Source: Monocercomonoides exilis PA203
Taxonomy: Eukaryota > Protista > Preaxostyla
Assembly: GCA_001643675.2 (NCBI GenBank)
Contig: LSRY02000029.1
Span: forward strand, 434,001 to 498,000
Direction of reading: 5' to 3'
DNA: 64,000 bases
The notes beneath the pieces are model-generated. The model saw only the letters and a list, made by a program, of their open reading frames with translations, made no database searches and was not told where the DNA came from. Positions 1 through 12,375 of this stretch are shown here, one piece after another. The translations under genes were made by a program, and so were the position numbers. Each line of letters starts with the position of its first letter. The stretch's first letter is position 1.

Positions 1-2179
1 TGATATCAGATAATAAGCAAGTTGGAAATGTCAGACAAAATATGTGCAATAATGATGAATCTACACATGCAAATCTAATTGTCATTGGAGGAATGGATGG
101 TATTTCTCCAATGAAAGGGTTTAGATGTTATGACTTTGAAAAATTATTGAAAATAGGTAATTTTGATATAACAAATATTTCTGGGAATGACGAAAATTTG
201 AATCATATTTTTCACTACCAAGATGGGATGTCATTACCTTTTGAAAACAAAGTATTAATGTTCGGAGGGAGAAATGGAGATCGTGCAATGGATACTTTCA
301 AAGTTGTTGAATTCGATAAATATGTTCGTCCTACTGTGATAGAAGATGATGGAACAGAACTTAAAAACGGCATTCATCTCGATGTGGTTGAAGCTGGATG
401 TACAATTTTTCAAAGAAATGTTTACTGTTTCGGTGGAAGGCAAATAAGCAAAGGAAGAACTGTTATGCCAACAGCACTTAACATATTTCGAAAAATTAGT
501 ATTCAAGATAATGTTTTAGGCTGTTCAGAAGGATATTACAAGAATAAGGAAAAATGCAAAAGATGTGAAAAAGGAACTTATTCAGATGGAAAAAATCGAA
601 CGGCTTGCATTCCTTGCCCTGCAGGAACGTTTGGAATATGGGGGGGCGCTCGAGAATTTGAATGCGAATTTGCCACAGCTGGAACATTCACAAACACTTC
701 TGGTTTATCAAGTCCAATTAAATGTGAAGCTGAACAGTATTGCCCAATTGGATCAGCATCAAATAATAATGCAATGCCAACTGCCGATCCGTCGAGAACA
801 ACTCAACCTCAATTATACAGTGAGCCATCCAAAGCAGTGGCTGTGATAAATATTATTTCTTATGTTGCCCTGGCGGCTATAGGTTTTGTGGTAGCTTTGT
901 TTCTTCTCTGTTTTCGAACAAAATCGTGCATGTGGAGGCTGGATGGCTATTCAAGCAAGTATAGTGACTCTCTTGATCCACATACGCACTCTTCAGTCAA
1001 ACAAATAAGAAAAACAACATTTGGAGGATTTGTTTCAATTGTTGCCATCTTTTTTGTTGCTGGAGTTGTTCTTTCGAATATTTTGGGTTTTTTCTTATTC
1101 AACATTGCTGAGACAAGGACAACAGTCGATGCTTCAACAGAAAGTCATATATTAGAACATTTCACAAACAATCATGTTCTAATCGAGCTGACTTTGATGG
1201 ACTATACCGGCGAATGTGTTGGACCTGTGAATAAAGAGATAAATGAAAAATCTGGAAAGTGTTCAGACAAGTTAGGATTGGGGAAAACAACATATGATCC
1301 TTTTGGTTTGTATCTGTTTTTTTATAAAAAAACATAAATTTTTCAATTAATTTTTCGATATCTACATAAATAAAAATATATTATTCAGGATTGAAAGAAG
1401 ATAAATATTTATTATTCACACCGAATTGCACTCAATTTCAAACCAATAATTATTATTATCCTCCAACACATAATTGCAAGATTACTCTTGAAGGTGAAAA
1501 CGTAAATGTTCCATTGAAAAACGTTCAAATGGACATTTTTTCCATGTTTTCTTCAGAAAGAAATGTTTCTTGCAGAGCAATAAAAGTTTATGCATCTTTT
1601 GATTCTGCTGTTCCTGAGCAACATAACCTGAAATTAGGTCCAAATAATTACAATTCTTCAATTGAAGATATTATTTTGAGTAGCAATGAGGAAGTATTCA
1701 GTGGTCCAGTATCAACGAACGTAACGTTGGAGCTTGTCCCATCTATTCATAAAAGAAATGTTGCTTTAGAACCAAAGAAAGAAAGAAAAGGCCATCTTAT
1801 CAACCATATTTCATTTGATAACGGATCCTTTTCATATTATCCAAACATATATTATAACTTCGGGCTGGGAATAAATATAAAATTCAAGCTGGAAAAATCT
1901 GTGGTTGTCACTCAACATTCAATGAAGATATCTTGGGTGACATTTTTTTCATCTCTTGGTGGGTCTTTTGTTTTCTTTGGATATTTTGGTAACATTTTGC
2001 CCGTATTTGAAATGTTAATGAACATTAAATGCCCATGTGGGAAAAAAGGGACAAATAAAGTTACTGCAATGTTTCATGATTCATATAGAAAAACAAACAA
2101 AGGAGAAACAAACAGAGAGTATATCGAAGAAATGAAGTCAATGAATGAAGAGCCTCTTTCCTTGAGTTCTTTAGTTTGA
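1..2179 (+). CDS. 5'-truncated Kelch-repeat + Cys-rich (GCC2/GCC3, ephrin-receptor/TNFR-like) repeat membrane protein with 3 TM segments; intron 1306-1388
   Basis: The frame is open from the window edge. It has Kelch-type motifs (IVIGG, LMFGGRNG, VYCFGG), Cys-rich CxxCxxG repeats (CKRCEKGTYS, CIPCPAGTFG, YCPIGS) and three hydrophobic segments. A phase-1 intron GTTTGT(1306)...TTCAG(1388) joins ORF 42-1337 to ORF 1391-2179 in frame. Paralog of 31655-36086. Confidence 0.85.
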
Positions 2180-3036
2180 GTGTTTTAATATTTTCAGTTG
2201 TGAAATTCTTTTAGAAACAAATCTTTTATTTGATTATTTCTTTATTGGTACTGTTTTTGTATTTGTTTGCCAACTGCAAAAAAGCATTTGACGAGTAAAC
2301 GTATTTATATATCCATTTTCAATCTGTTTAGAACATTTTTTTTTTTTTTTTTTTTTTGTTTGTTTGTTTGTCTTTGTTATTCTAATAGAAATTGAGAGTT
2401 TTTGTTTATTTTAAAGTTGCTTTTACAAGGCAAAATAATATTTTTTTTCCAAAAATTTAAAATTGAGTGTCTGATTATGTTTGCGTTTACTCATTTGTAA
2501 TTCAAGTTTAAAGTTTTACACATTCTTTTCATTGAAATTTATTCAATTCAAATATTTAACAACATGCTAGCAAGGGTCTGTTTAATATATGTTTATATGA
2601 TTCAGGAAAAAAATAAAGGTAATAGGGGATCAAAAGTCCTGAAATGATTTATTCCTTGAAAAAACAAAAAAGGTTTCGAAACTGAGCTTTATTAAATCAT
2701 AAACAACAGCCTTATTTTGATGATTTGTCAAAAGAAAAGGCAGTTCACAACTTTAAGCGACATTCAGAAACTCGTATTTTTTCGGATTTTTTGTGATAAA
2801 ATGTTGTAACAATATTTTATAAAACATGCCTGGAGTAAAATTTTCAATCTTGCTATATATATATATATATTTTTTTCTGTGAGAAAAATCAAAATTACGA
2901 AAAATTATGGTTCAGATCAAACGAATTTCAAAAAACTTTGATTGAAAATTTAACAATTAAATGAAATTTCATCATTTTGTTCAAATTGATTTGAAAAAAA
3001 AATCATTCAATTAAAAGCATGTGAAATAAATATATT

Positions 3037-3278
3037 TGGGTTATTCTTTTTGAAAAGTCGCAAATGTTTAAATTTCAAATTAATTAAAATTTTCATATTT
3101 TGCACAAATTTTTGTTAACACACACCAAACTTCACTAACATGGAAACTGTAACTTGATAATGCCGTATCATGAATACCTAAGAAGATTTGTGAGCGGTTA
3201 CAAGAATTTTAGCAAAATATGAATTTTTTTATTTATTTGGAAATTAAACTTTTGCGACTTTTCAAAAAGAATTGCCCA
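3037..3278. mobile_element. MITE-like element with ~95-bp imperfect terminal inverted repeats, ends TGGG...CCCA
   Basis: attctttttgaaaagtcgcaa (3043-3063) is the exact reverse complement of ttgcgacttttcaaaaagaat (3252-3272), and similarity extends ~95 bp inward. No coding capacity. Confidence 0.75.
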
Positions 3279-3657
3279 TTTGAAGTTATTTTTTGTTAAT
3301 TTTTTTGAGTTTTTCAGGAACAAAAACACGTGAAAAAAAAAACTTAAAGGGTTTCGTTCTGCTTCAGGGTTTTCTCTCGAATCGAAATATAAGGTTTTTG
3401 GTTAGCGTTGAATTTTTGTTCATTTTTTAAAAAAATAGTGTTACTGTTTAAATCAAAAAATCATTTTTTCAAACATCAAAAACGTGTGTTTCAATGATTG
3501 TGCAAGATGAAAGAAATAAATATTGGACATTTGAATGAATTGCAAACTTTTTTATATTCTTTACAAAAATAATAAATGAAAGTTTAGAATGACATTATAA
3601 AATTTTAATTAAATTATTTTTAAGTTTATTTCTATTTTTGTTTTTTGAAATTAATAA

Positions 3658-4022
3658 TAGTTAGGTGCAAAACCCGCACATTTGCAGAAACCCGCACACT
3701 TGATATTTTCTTTCGAAATATCAGTCCACATTAATATATGTGAAGGCATTCAGCATTTTAATTCCACCGGTAACTTATATATGTACAATATTTAGTATTT
3801 CGAAAAAAAAAACAAAAACAAAAAAATTTTGATCTTTTTTGATCTTTGATCAATATTTTTTTGTTTTTGTTTTTTTTTCGAAATACTAAATATTGTACAT
3901 ATATAAGTTACCGGTGGAATTAAAATGCTGAATGCCTTCACATATATTAATGTGGACTGATATTTCGAAAGAAAATATCAAGTGTGCGGGTTTCTGCAAA
4001 TGTGCGTGTTTTGGGCACACTA
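3658..4022. mobile_element. Near-perfect ~350-bp palindromic MITE (arms 3668-3834 / 3848-4013, 13-nt spacer), candidate TAA or TA target-site duplication
   Basis: The arms are reverse complements with only a few differences. Termini TAGT...ACTA are flanked by TAA at 3655-3657 and 4023-4025. Each arm carries a tandem AAACCCGCACA-type sub-terminal motif. Confidence 0.85.
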
Positions 4023-4200
4023 TAAGATCATAACCATTATTTTTTTTAAGAAAATTTGACTTTTTCATAGAAAAAAAAGTGTGGCAAGAATGAAAAATTC
4101 ACCACTGGCATGTTTCACAATATTATATTGAATCATTATATCACAAAAAAATCCAAAATAATACAAGTTTCTGAATGAAACGAAAAGTTGTGATTAATAG

Positions 4201-4262
4201 AAGAACAAAAAGAACAAAAAGAACAAAAAGAACAAAAAGAAGAGAAAAAAGAGAAAGAAGAA
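4201..4262 (+). repeat. Short tandem repeat (AGAACAAAA)n grading into GA-rich sequence
   Basis: About four direct copies of a 9-mer are visible. Confidence 0.8.
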
Positions 4263-5268
4263 GATGTGCTAAATAATGAGATTTGCTTTAATTATCGAAA
4301 AAAATGTCAATTTCATCAGCTGCACATAATGCGGATATATAACAAAAACGAAACTTTATTTTTTTTCATTTTTTTGACTTTTTTTCTTAAAACATTTTTT
4401 TATTCATGAGAAATTTATTATTGAGCAAAACATCATTATTTGAAATGTTAAAATTTTTTTAAGCTCTCTTCTTTCATATTTGATGTATTTTGTTGATTTT
4501 TGCAAATCAGTTATTTTAAAACCATTTTGTATTGAAATTTCGAAACGTTTTGTATAATGACAATCATTTATTGCTCATGGAAACATTTCAATGATCGTAT
4601 TATACACAAAAATAATATATTTTTTAACAATCTTCACATAAATACGAAATATGATATATTTTGCATTATTTGTTTTTAAATGTTCTGAAAATTGTATAAA
4701 ACATATGTAATAATATTAGTGATAAATAAACTGCAATTTGTGAATACAACAATTTTTAAGAGAAAATTGAAGATCTTCCCACAATTTTTATTTAACTTGA
4801 AATTTGGTTGTGGAAATTAAAATAACAACCTTATTATCATTTTTTTTTTTTTTTGAATTTCAAAATAACTTGATAATTTCAAAATGTCAAATGCGAATTT
4901 CAAAATTATGCAAAAATTTCAAAATTATACAAAAATTGTTCAATTCATCTAATACAAAACCACTCTCTTCATTCAATGCATTTGCATTTGCATTTTTTTG
5001 TTTCATTTTATTTGCGGAAAAATTGAATGAAAAAGAAGCGAGTGAAGATAATAAATTTATTAAAATGTAATTCAATTTTACTATAAACTGTTCAAAAAAT
5101 AATGGAAAAAAATTATAACAAAATAAAAATCATTATGGAAAAATCTGTGATGTGAAACTGGTGAATATAAGTTTAACTCATACAAAAAACAACAATAACA
5201 AATAAAAAGTGAATAGATTTCAGGAAGACAGTAAATGAAAGTGAATGCATATGCCACATAGAAAACGC

Positions 5269-7064
5269 TCAATCTCTCCAATCTTTCAATCTCATCTTTT
5301 TCTCTGCTTTTTTCTTTCGATAGCACTGAATGCAACACTGAAAAGTGAGGCTCCAAACAAGCCCCAGAGCCGCAAATCCAAGTAAAACAAAATGCAGATA
5401 TCTAAATACATATTTAATTCCCATTAAATTCTTCATTTGATTGGAAAATAGAGCATTAACTGATGTGTTGTACACGTATGACTGGAAGCATGTGACAGCG
5501 AATTGAATTAAGGCAAAGGAAGCAAGAGAATAAAGCATTCCATTGAACAGCATGGCATTCGGGAGAGTGGCATGGGCCTCCATCGGGTAGAACGTGAGCC
5601 CCAGCAAAAACTTCGTCCCTATTTTGAGATTGCCTTTTATCACAGCAATTGCCAAGTATCCAATAAACACTCCATAAAGAACAGAGCCGAGAAAAGCATA
5701 TTTATCGAGAACAACAAATGCGTCTGAGAGAAAGCGTCCTTGCTTCAGCACGATCACAATAATGATCTGCACAATCCAGAAGATTGCAACAAGAAGCCCA
5801 ATGATACCTGCAATTAACTTGCACCATGGAAGAAGCACATTGTATTCCTGTGGCTGTTCAACATACCGAACATGTTCGTAATCATCAAGCACATCTCCGA
5901 CATCTTCGTGCAATTCCTTAAGATATTTCTTTTGCTTCTTTGAAAGAGCTTTCTCTTTTGGATCCACAGCTCGCACTTTCTCAGACAGAAGTCGCTTGAA
6001 ATCTCCAATCTCATCCAAGATTTCTAAAGAGTCCCGCTTCAGTTTCGCTTTAAATTCTGCAAATCTACACATTAATAATGAATTTGATGGGGAAAAAGAA
6101 GAAAATTGTGGATTTCAGGCTTGATGGAAAGAAACCAAGTAAATCGTGCAAACTGTTTTTTTGTTGTTCTCTTTGGACGGAAACAACACTCAAGTATGCA
6201 ATCAAATGGGCACGTAAACATTCCTCCACCTCCAAAAACAAGAAACAACACCCATCCAACAACCGATACAATGCACACTGCATAAACAGGAACAGTCACT
6301 CGAATGGTAACATCCTTATCTGCCAGTGTTTTCTCTGACTAAAAAGTCGAATTTAAAATGAAAAGCGTAAATTATCAACACATACTTCTGTTGCAAGTTG
6401 TATAATTTTTTCTTCTGTTAATCCGTCAACGGTTACAGTTTGTGGAGCAACTTCAGTTTTGAAAGGAACCTCAGCATATCCGGCAACTGCCCAGACCACA
6501 AAAATTATAACAAGCCAAACAACAATTGACCCAATGGCATATTTGATTCCTGTGCATATTCGTTTGGCCAAGCTATGATAAGATATATGGTTTGAATTTT
6601 TAAAATGTCAGATCATCTTTGAAATGATGAAAAATACCTTCCATCTTCCTCGTAGCAACACATGGTGAAAGGAACAACTGCAATAATCTATATGAAGGGA
6701 AAATACAAATATATTAAACATTGCAAAATGAAAATGTATTTGTTCGCACCATGATTGCAAGAACCATCGTAAATATTTGCCATATAATTGGCATAAATTT
6801 ATGACTCTCTGGTGCGCATACTACATCGAATGGAAGCATCATGATAATTACGGTAGTTGCTGTGTATATGAACCACTTAGGAAAATGAAAATTATGTTCA
6901 ATAATCATAAAACAAAAGGCTCAAACGGTGACGCATTTTGTAAAAATATCTGGCGCATCTTCAGGATCTTGAAAGTGTCTTATAAAATAAATGAACATTA
7001 TTCCGATAAAAACAGCAACAACAGCCCATATAATAGCTCCAATAACAACTCTGGCAATTTCCAT
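5269..7064 (-). CDS. LMBR1-family multi-pass membrane protein, 6 exons
   Basis: Spliced product MEIARVVIGAII..FQDPED..MLPFDV..VVPFTMCCYEED..FGGGGMFTCPFD..RPK..KGNLKIG..FYPME..TLPNAMLFN matches the LMBR1/LIMR signature layout. All junctions are GT-AG and phase-compatible (e.g. intron 6876-6926). Confidence 0.85.
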
Positions 7065-7249
7065 CTTTTGAAATATATTATTATACTTTCTTTGATCAAT
7101 ATTAGAATGTTCTTTTTGAAATGAAAAATATGAATTATACAAGGGTAAATTAATACATAAAACAATAGAAATTTCACAAAATTTAAAATTGTTCCGAAAA
7201 TGTTCCTTGGAGAGCTCAAACAAAATTATCACATTTCAAGAATCAAAAC

Positions 7250-7872
7250 TTATTCCCTCCATTCAATTGCACGATCCATGGACTTTTTCACAGCTTTCTT
7301 ATGATCCACTTCCCTAAAATTTAATATTTCAATCGAGTCACCCCATTCAAATATGCAACCACCCACTTTCACAGCAGCTGGCAATCCTCTAACGAACAAC
7401 TTTTGCTGCTTTCCATTTCTAAAAAAATGAAGTGTTCGGGGCATTGTGGTCATGTTAATTTCCAACAATGCAATTTCAGTTTGTCTGTATTGCATTGCGC
7501 CCCAAGTTGAGTATCCACCTGTTTGAACATAAACACTATTAAAGAGACGCGATTTGTTGATGGAAGTTGATTTTTAATGTGGAGCATAAATAATTTTTCA
7601 AGAATGATTCATAAAATAATTTTGTTTGAAGAAGAAATAATTATTTATAAAAAAGACATCAAATTGCAGCAAAAACAGTCAAACCTCGAGCAAGAAATTG
7701 CTGCTGTTCCAGGAACATCGCCGAATGGTGTGTCTTGTTGTGGTGCAGGCAAATTGGCGTTCATGACACCAAGGCGAAAAGCATAATTAGGATTTATACG
7801 TCCTATTCTCACCTCGCTAGCATTTTTTTTTGAAATAATCGGAAAATATCGCATAAAAAGAATGTAATGAAG

Positions 7873-7963
<91 letters not shown>

Positions 7964-9731
7964 AAGTGAATACAGGCAGATGAAGAGAAGAACAATCAAT
8001 TCTCAAGAATAAAGAACAATAACACACAAATGCCATATTCCTTGTCTGATCTCCTGATTAATCACAAACGAGTCGTATCCTCTCTGTCCAGTGTGCACAA
8101 TGCTCCCTCCACGCCTTCTCCACAAAGCAGGCGTTGTAAACACAACTGGAGCAAGTGCAACTGCTGGTGCAACTGCTGGTGCTTGTTCAGCAGCGACAAG
8201 AAGCGGTGCAACAGTACCTGGATGAGCAGGATGAGCAGGATGTGCCTGATTGGCAGGATGTGCCACTTCTCTCTCTGGATGCGATCTCTCTAAATCATCG
8301 TGTTGATTGCTTGGACAATACTTTGATGATTCCTTTTCGGCAGATTGCTTGCAACCTTACATACAAAATATATTGAATGGCGAAACGTTTGCGGAGTAAT
8401 CAATATGTTTCGTTGAATATTCAAAAATTAATGAGTGTTATTTAAAGAAATAATTATAAATTATGCACAAACAGCATTTTTCATTGATTGAGCTATTCGC
8501 ACAAGAATTTTCGCTTTTTTCTTTCTTTTCATTCTTCTTTTCATTAACTTCATTTAAAGTGGGAACAAAACGAGTTTCATCATCAGCATTTTCATTGATA
8601 AGAGTTGAGTCTTGCGCATTTGCTGGAGTAACTTCATTGCTCATCTGACCTTCTGGTGTTGATGATGAAGCTGGCAAAGCTGTTGAGACTGAAACAGATG
8701 CAGAAGAAGAAGGAGTTGCTTCAAAATCTAATGAAAGATTTTGATGAGGAAATTCGGATGTCACTGAAGCTGATGCAGAAGCACTTGCAGATGGTGTTGC
8801 TGAAGTCGTTTCCTGATGCAATGGCAAAGAAGAAGGAAAAGTTGAAGACGGTGAAGGCGAAGGTTGGCAAGAAGAAGAAAAATGAGCCGCATCATTTTCG
8901 GGCGATGAGAAAAAATCTTTAAGTAAATCAGCTGCAATCGAACGAATGATCCGCTGCTTAGACAAAGCTAGTTGTTGAAGTGGTTCACGAAGAGGGGCTA
9001 TTAATTCGTTTTGCTTGGAGCACTCGCAAACAGCAGACACCAAATGCATTACATCAACGTGAAAATGGGAGTCTGCTGTCTGATCCAAATGCTGTAGCAG
9101 ATTAACAAGCGCTGAAATAAACAACGAATCAATTGCCTTTGCTTTTCCTTCCGGAGATGCTCTGAGAAATAATGAGCTTAATAATTGAAATGCTGATAAT
9201 GCTATTTGATTATTTCCAGATTGAGATAATGCAACAAGAGGTCTTAAAAGAACTAGGGAGAATTCTGTTCTATCTATTGCTGATGTAAATGCAAGTATTC
9301 CTGAGCAAAGAGATAAAGATAACACCTTCATTGAATTATTAAAAATATTGCAAAAGAAAGTGAAAAATCAAACATATAATTCATCAGATGATTCTATTTG
9401 TAGCAAAGGGATAAATGCATGAAGAATGTCATGTTGAAGCATTAGTTTCAAATTCGCAGGATCTGAAAAAAGTGAAAGAATTCTTTGCGAAATTTAAAAT
9501 TATTAAATTCAGCGCAAACTTTCAATCATTAGTGCGCACAACTTCTGAAGGCTATAGTATACAGCTGTGTTATCAATTGATTGAAGAAAACCAATGCAAT
9601 CGACAATTTGTTGTTCCTTTCAAACAAAATTTTTATAAATCGATAAAAAATATTCTTTAGAAAGTTTTGAATACCACTGACAATGTTGAATCTTTACAAG
9701 ATGCAAAATTTGGAGGATTTCCTTCTGGCAT
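7250..9731 (-). CDS. ARM-like N-terminal / SPRY(B30.2)-like C-terminal protein with Ser/Ala-rich linker, 7 exons
   Basis: ATG at 9731. Phase-compatible GT-AG junctions link the ORF pieces 8438-9331, 8003-8266, 7645-7995 and 7250-7495. The N-terminus is helical and Leu-rich; the C-terminus is beta-rich (GIWHFEVRI..FRLGV..RTLHFFRNGKQQK), typical of SPRY-like domains. Domain names are pattern-based. Confidence 0.65.
7876..7960 (+). repeat. Poly(A) run (~58 nt) followed by (GA)n microsatellite, inside an intron of the minus-strand gene
   Basis: Directly visible; lies between donor GTGTGT and acceptor CTAG of the 7250-9731 gene. Confidence 0.9.
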
Positions 9732-9925
9732 AAAATTAAAAAAAGACTTTTAATGATCCATTGCCACAATCAAAATATTCATAATGTAATTTTGGGTTTT
9801 GAAAGTTTTCATAAATATTCATAAAAATATAAAAAGATAGATAAAAAAAGATAGGAAAAAGAAAAATACGCTTTAAAAAACTGCAAAATATTTAAAATAC
9901 TATAACAATTAAATCAACTTTATAT

Positions 9926-12319
9926 CTATGTCTGATCAATCTTTTGCTTTTTCAATGTTCCAGCAACAACGTCAACTAAAGTTTTAAGAAGCTGCGAAGT
10001 GGAATTTGAGGCCGGGGAAGTGGACGGAGCGGGGGTAACCGCTTTAGCTTTTGGAGTTGAGTCATTTTCATCTTCTGTTTCTGTTTCTTCGTCTTCTCCC
10101 TGGTGAGCATTGTCTCCAGCATCCAAAGTGTCATTCTGTGCAGCTGGATTGTTATGCGCTGTCTTTCCTGTCTTGTGCACGTGCCTTGCAAAGCCTCCTC
10201 TGCCTGCACGCTGCGGAAGATGCCCCATCTGCATCTGGCTGAGCTTTGAGTCTCCTTCTCCTTCACCTTCATCAGCTGACAGCCATCCATCTTCTTCTTC
10301 CATCACACCATCTTCAAATGCTGCCCCATCTACCCTCATCCCATCCGCAGCAGCCGTTTCATCAGCAGCCATCCCAATTCGATAGTCCACTCCAACACTG
10401 CTGCTTCCTATGCCGTTCCTCGACCGGACTCTCATTGGGAGCTCGTTGTATTCGTCGTAGGCTCTTTCTCTCTCTCTCTCCCGTTGGCTTATTTCGCCTC
10501 CCATGCCGTCGCCCTGGATATTGTGCTGCCCATAGATCAGCATCTGTATCGGCGTGCGCGACAGGCCCATTCTGAACTGGTGATGCAGAGAAGATGAGGC
10601 TGAAAAGAGCGACGGGGTGCTCTGAAGCGACTTCTTCGTCTTGTGCCTCTTTGAGAAGTGTGATGAATGTCTGTGCTTCACTTTCTTCTTGCCCTGCGAG
10701 ATTGCACACATCGACATATCCGACAATGACGTATACGCCTCTTCGCCTTCCCTCCCAATTTCTCCAGCACCAGACTGTTGCGCTCCTGTCCTCCAAACGC
10801 TGCCTTCGAAGTTGGTCGAGTAAGCATTGGAATAGCTGCTTCCTATCCCTCGCCTTCCTTCGCTGGAGCGGCGGGACTTTTTCACATCGTGCTTTTGTAT
10901 CTGCTCATTCACTAATTCGTGCAGAGGTCTTCCATTTGAATCAAAAATCAATTTTTGTATTTCGTCTGTACTTTCTTCTTCCTCTTCCTCTTCCTCCTCT
11001 TCCTCTTCCTCTTCTTCCTCCTCATCATCATCGTCATCATCCTCGTCAAATGAATCATCTTTCATTCCGCTTCGCGAATAGCCGAACTCGCTGCCACCGG
11101 CTCCACTCAACAAGGGAGACAAATACGCTGACTCGCCTGAGCCTGCCAGCGAAGAAGGAGAAGCAGCATGAGGAGGATAAAACCGGCGTGGTGTGGAAAG
11201 CGAAGGAGAGCGGCCAGAAGAAGCAGTTGAAGCAAAAGAAGGAGGACGAGTTGGAGCCAATGGAAGTATCGCAGAGATAGGCTGCATGCTGCACAACATC
11301 GAAGATGGAAGAGGGAATGAGACAAAAAGTCCCTTTGGTTCAGATACGGGGGTGATTTCTTGTGCGGAGTTGGGATGAGAAGGATTTGAAAGTCTTTTTG
11401 TTCTTTCTTCATTCGTTTCTTCTCTTCCTATCACAACACGGATCTCTGGGCGAGTGCTTCCGTGTTCTGGCTGAGGATACATTTGAGTGCTCTTGCCCTT
11501 TGAATTAAGTGAATGTGAAGAAAATTTTCCAGAAGGTGCGGAATTACTCCTTTTTCTTCTGAAGACGTTTCTTGAACAACAAGAAGTTGGTTCCGTTGCG
11601 GATTCTGGATCTATTGGTATTGTTTGTCGTGATGCTAAGTTCAGCTGAGATTCGGTGGCTAGAAACTGTTTCAAGTGGTTGAGTTTGATTCTAACTTTCA
11701 CTTTAATTTTGTTGCTTTTTTGAAATTCGGAAGATATTGCTGGTTTTTGTGGAAATGATGAAATGGATGGATTTAATGAAGTGGTATCAGTTGATGAAAT
11801 GTCATCGGAATCAAAAGGTGCAGGTGTGTGAAGAAGTGGAGGTAGAATGGCATCGTCAATTGTTGGGGGAAGATAAGCATGGCTGTTTGAAGTGGGAGGG
11901 ACAATTGAGTGTTGATTTATCGCTGCCATTAAGGAAGTTGCAAGATCTGGACGTCTTATTTGTTTAGTTAAAATGCTGTGTATAATTACACTTTGCTGTT
12001 CAGGAGTACAGTTTGAGAAATTTTGAAAAAATAAAGAAAGTGCTTCCTCATAAGGAAGTTGGTTGATATCTTGAATTGAAGCGGAAATGGCTTCTTCATT
12101 ATCTTTTGTTGGTTGCCCTTCATCTTTAATATATTATAAAGTTATATTAAAAGAAATAAAGGACAAACCAGGAATTTTTGATAGTGTTCTATAAAACTGA
12201 TCTACATCTGATATTGATGGTAGACTCGAAGGAGAAGCATCTTTTTCAACGCATTTGAATTCTGTTGAATATGGATTCACAAAAGGCATCGAAAAATACT
12301 GGGTCGTTTCATTTTCCAT
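9926..12319 (-). CDS. Hypothetical low-complexity (Ser/Pro/acidic) protein, 2 exons
   Basis: ATG 12319 (MENETTQYF...) and a phase-1 intron after ..KIP lead into a frame open continuously into ORF 9926-11929. Poly-D/E tract; no recognisable domain. Confidence 0.7.
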
Positions 12320-12375
12320 ATTGTAAATTATTACGATATGGGTCGCAAAAAATTGAAAACTCCCAATATACATTA
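12320..12375. promoter_or_regulatory. Putative very compact bidirectional promoter (56 bp between divergent ATGs)
   Basis: Predicted start codons at 12319 (-) and 12376 (+); depends on both start assignments. Confidence 0.45.

Larger units (their letters stand above)
2745..4193. mobile_element. Old inverted-repeat (foldback/MITE-like) element; arms ~2745-2918 and ~4026-4193, with two younger elements nested inside
   Basis: The reverse complement of 4026-4193 aligns colinearly with 2745-2918 (tcacaactt..cattcagaaact.gtatt..ggatttttt.gtgata..aaacatgcc..tttttca.tcttgc..atggtt..gatc), with many substitutions. Confidence 0.7.

Noticed and set aside
3886-4068. 60-aa ORF in the palindrome
   Set aside because: Lies in a non-coding inverted-repeat arm with no transposase or other motif.
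7876-7960. Poly(A) run as a retroposon tail
   Set aside because: No TSD or element body; it is an intronic poly(T)/(TC)n tract on the transcribed strand, and similar runs occur at 2336-2357 and 62830-62876.
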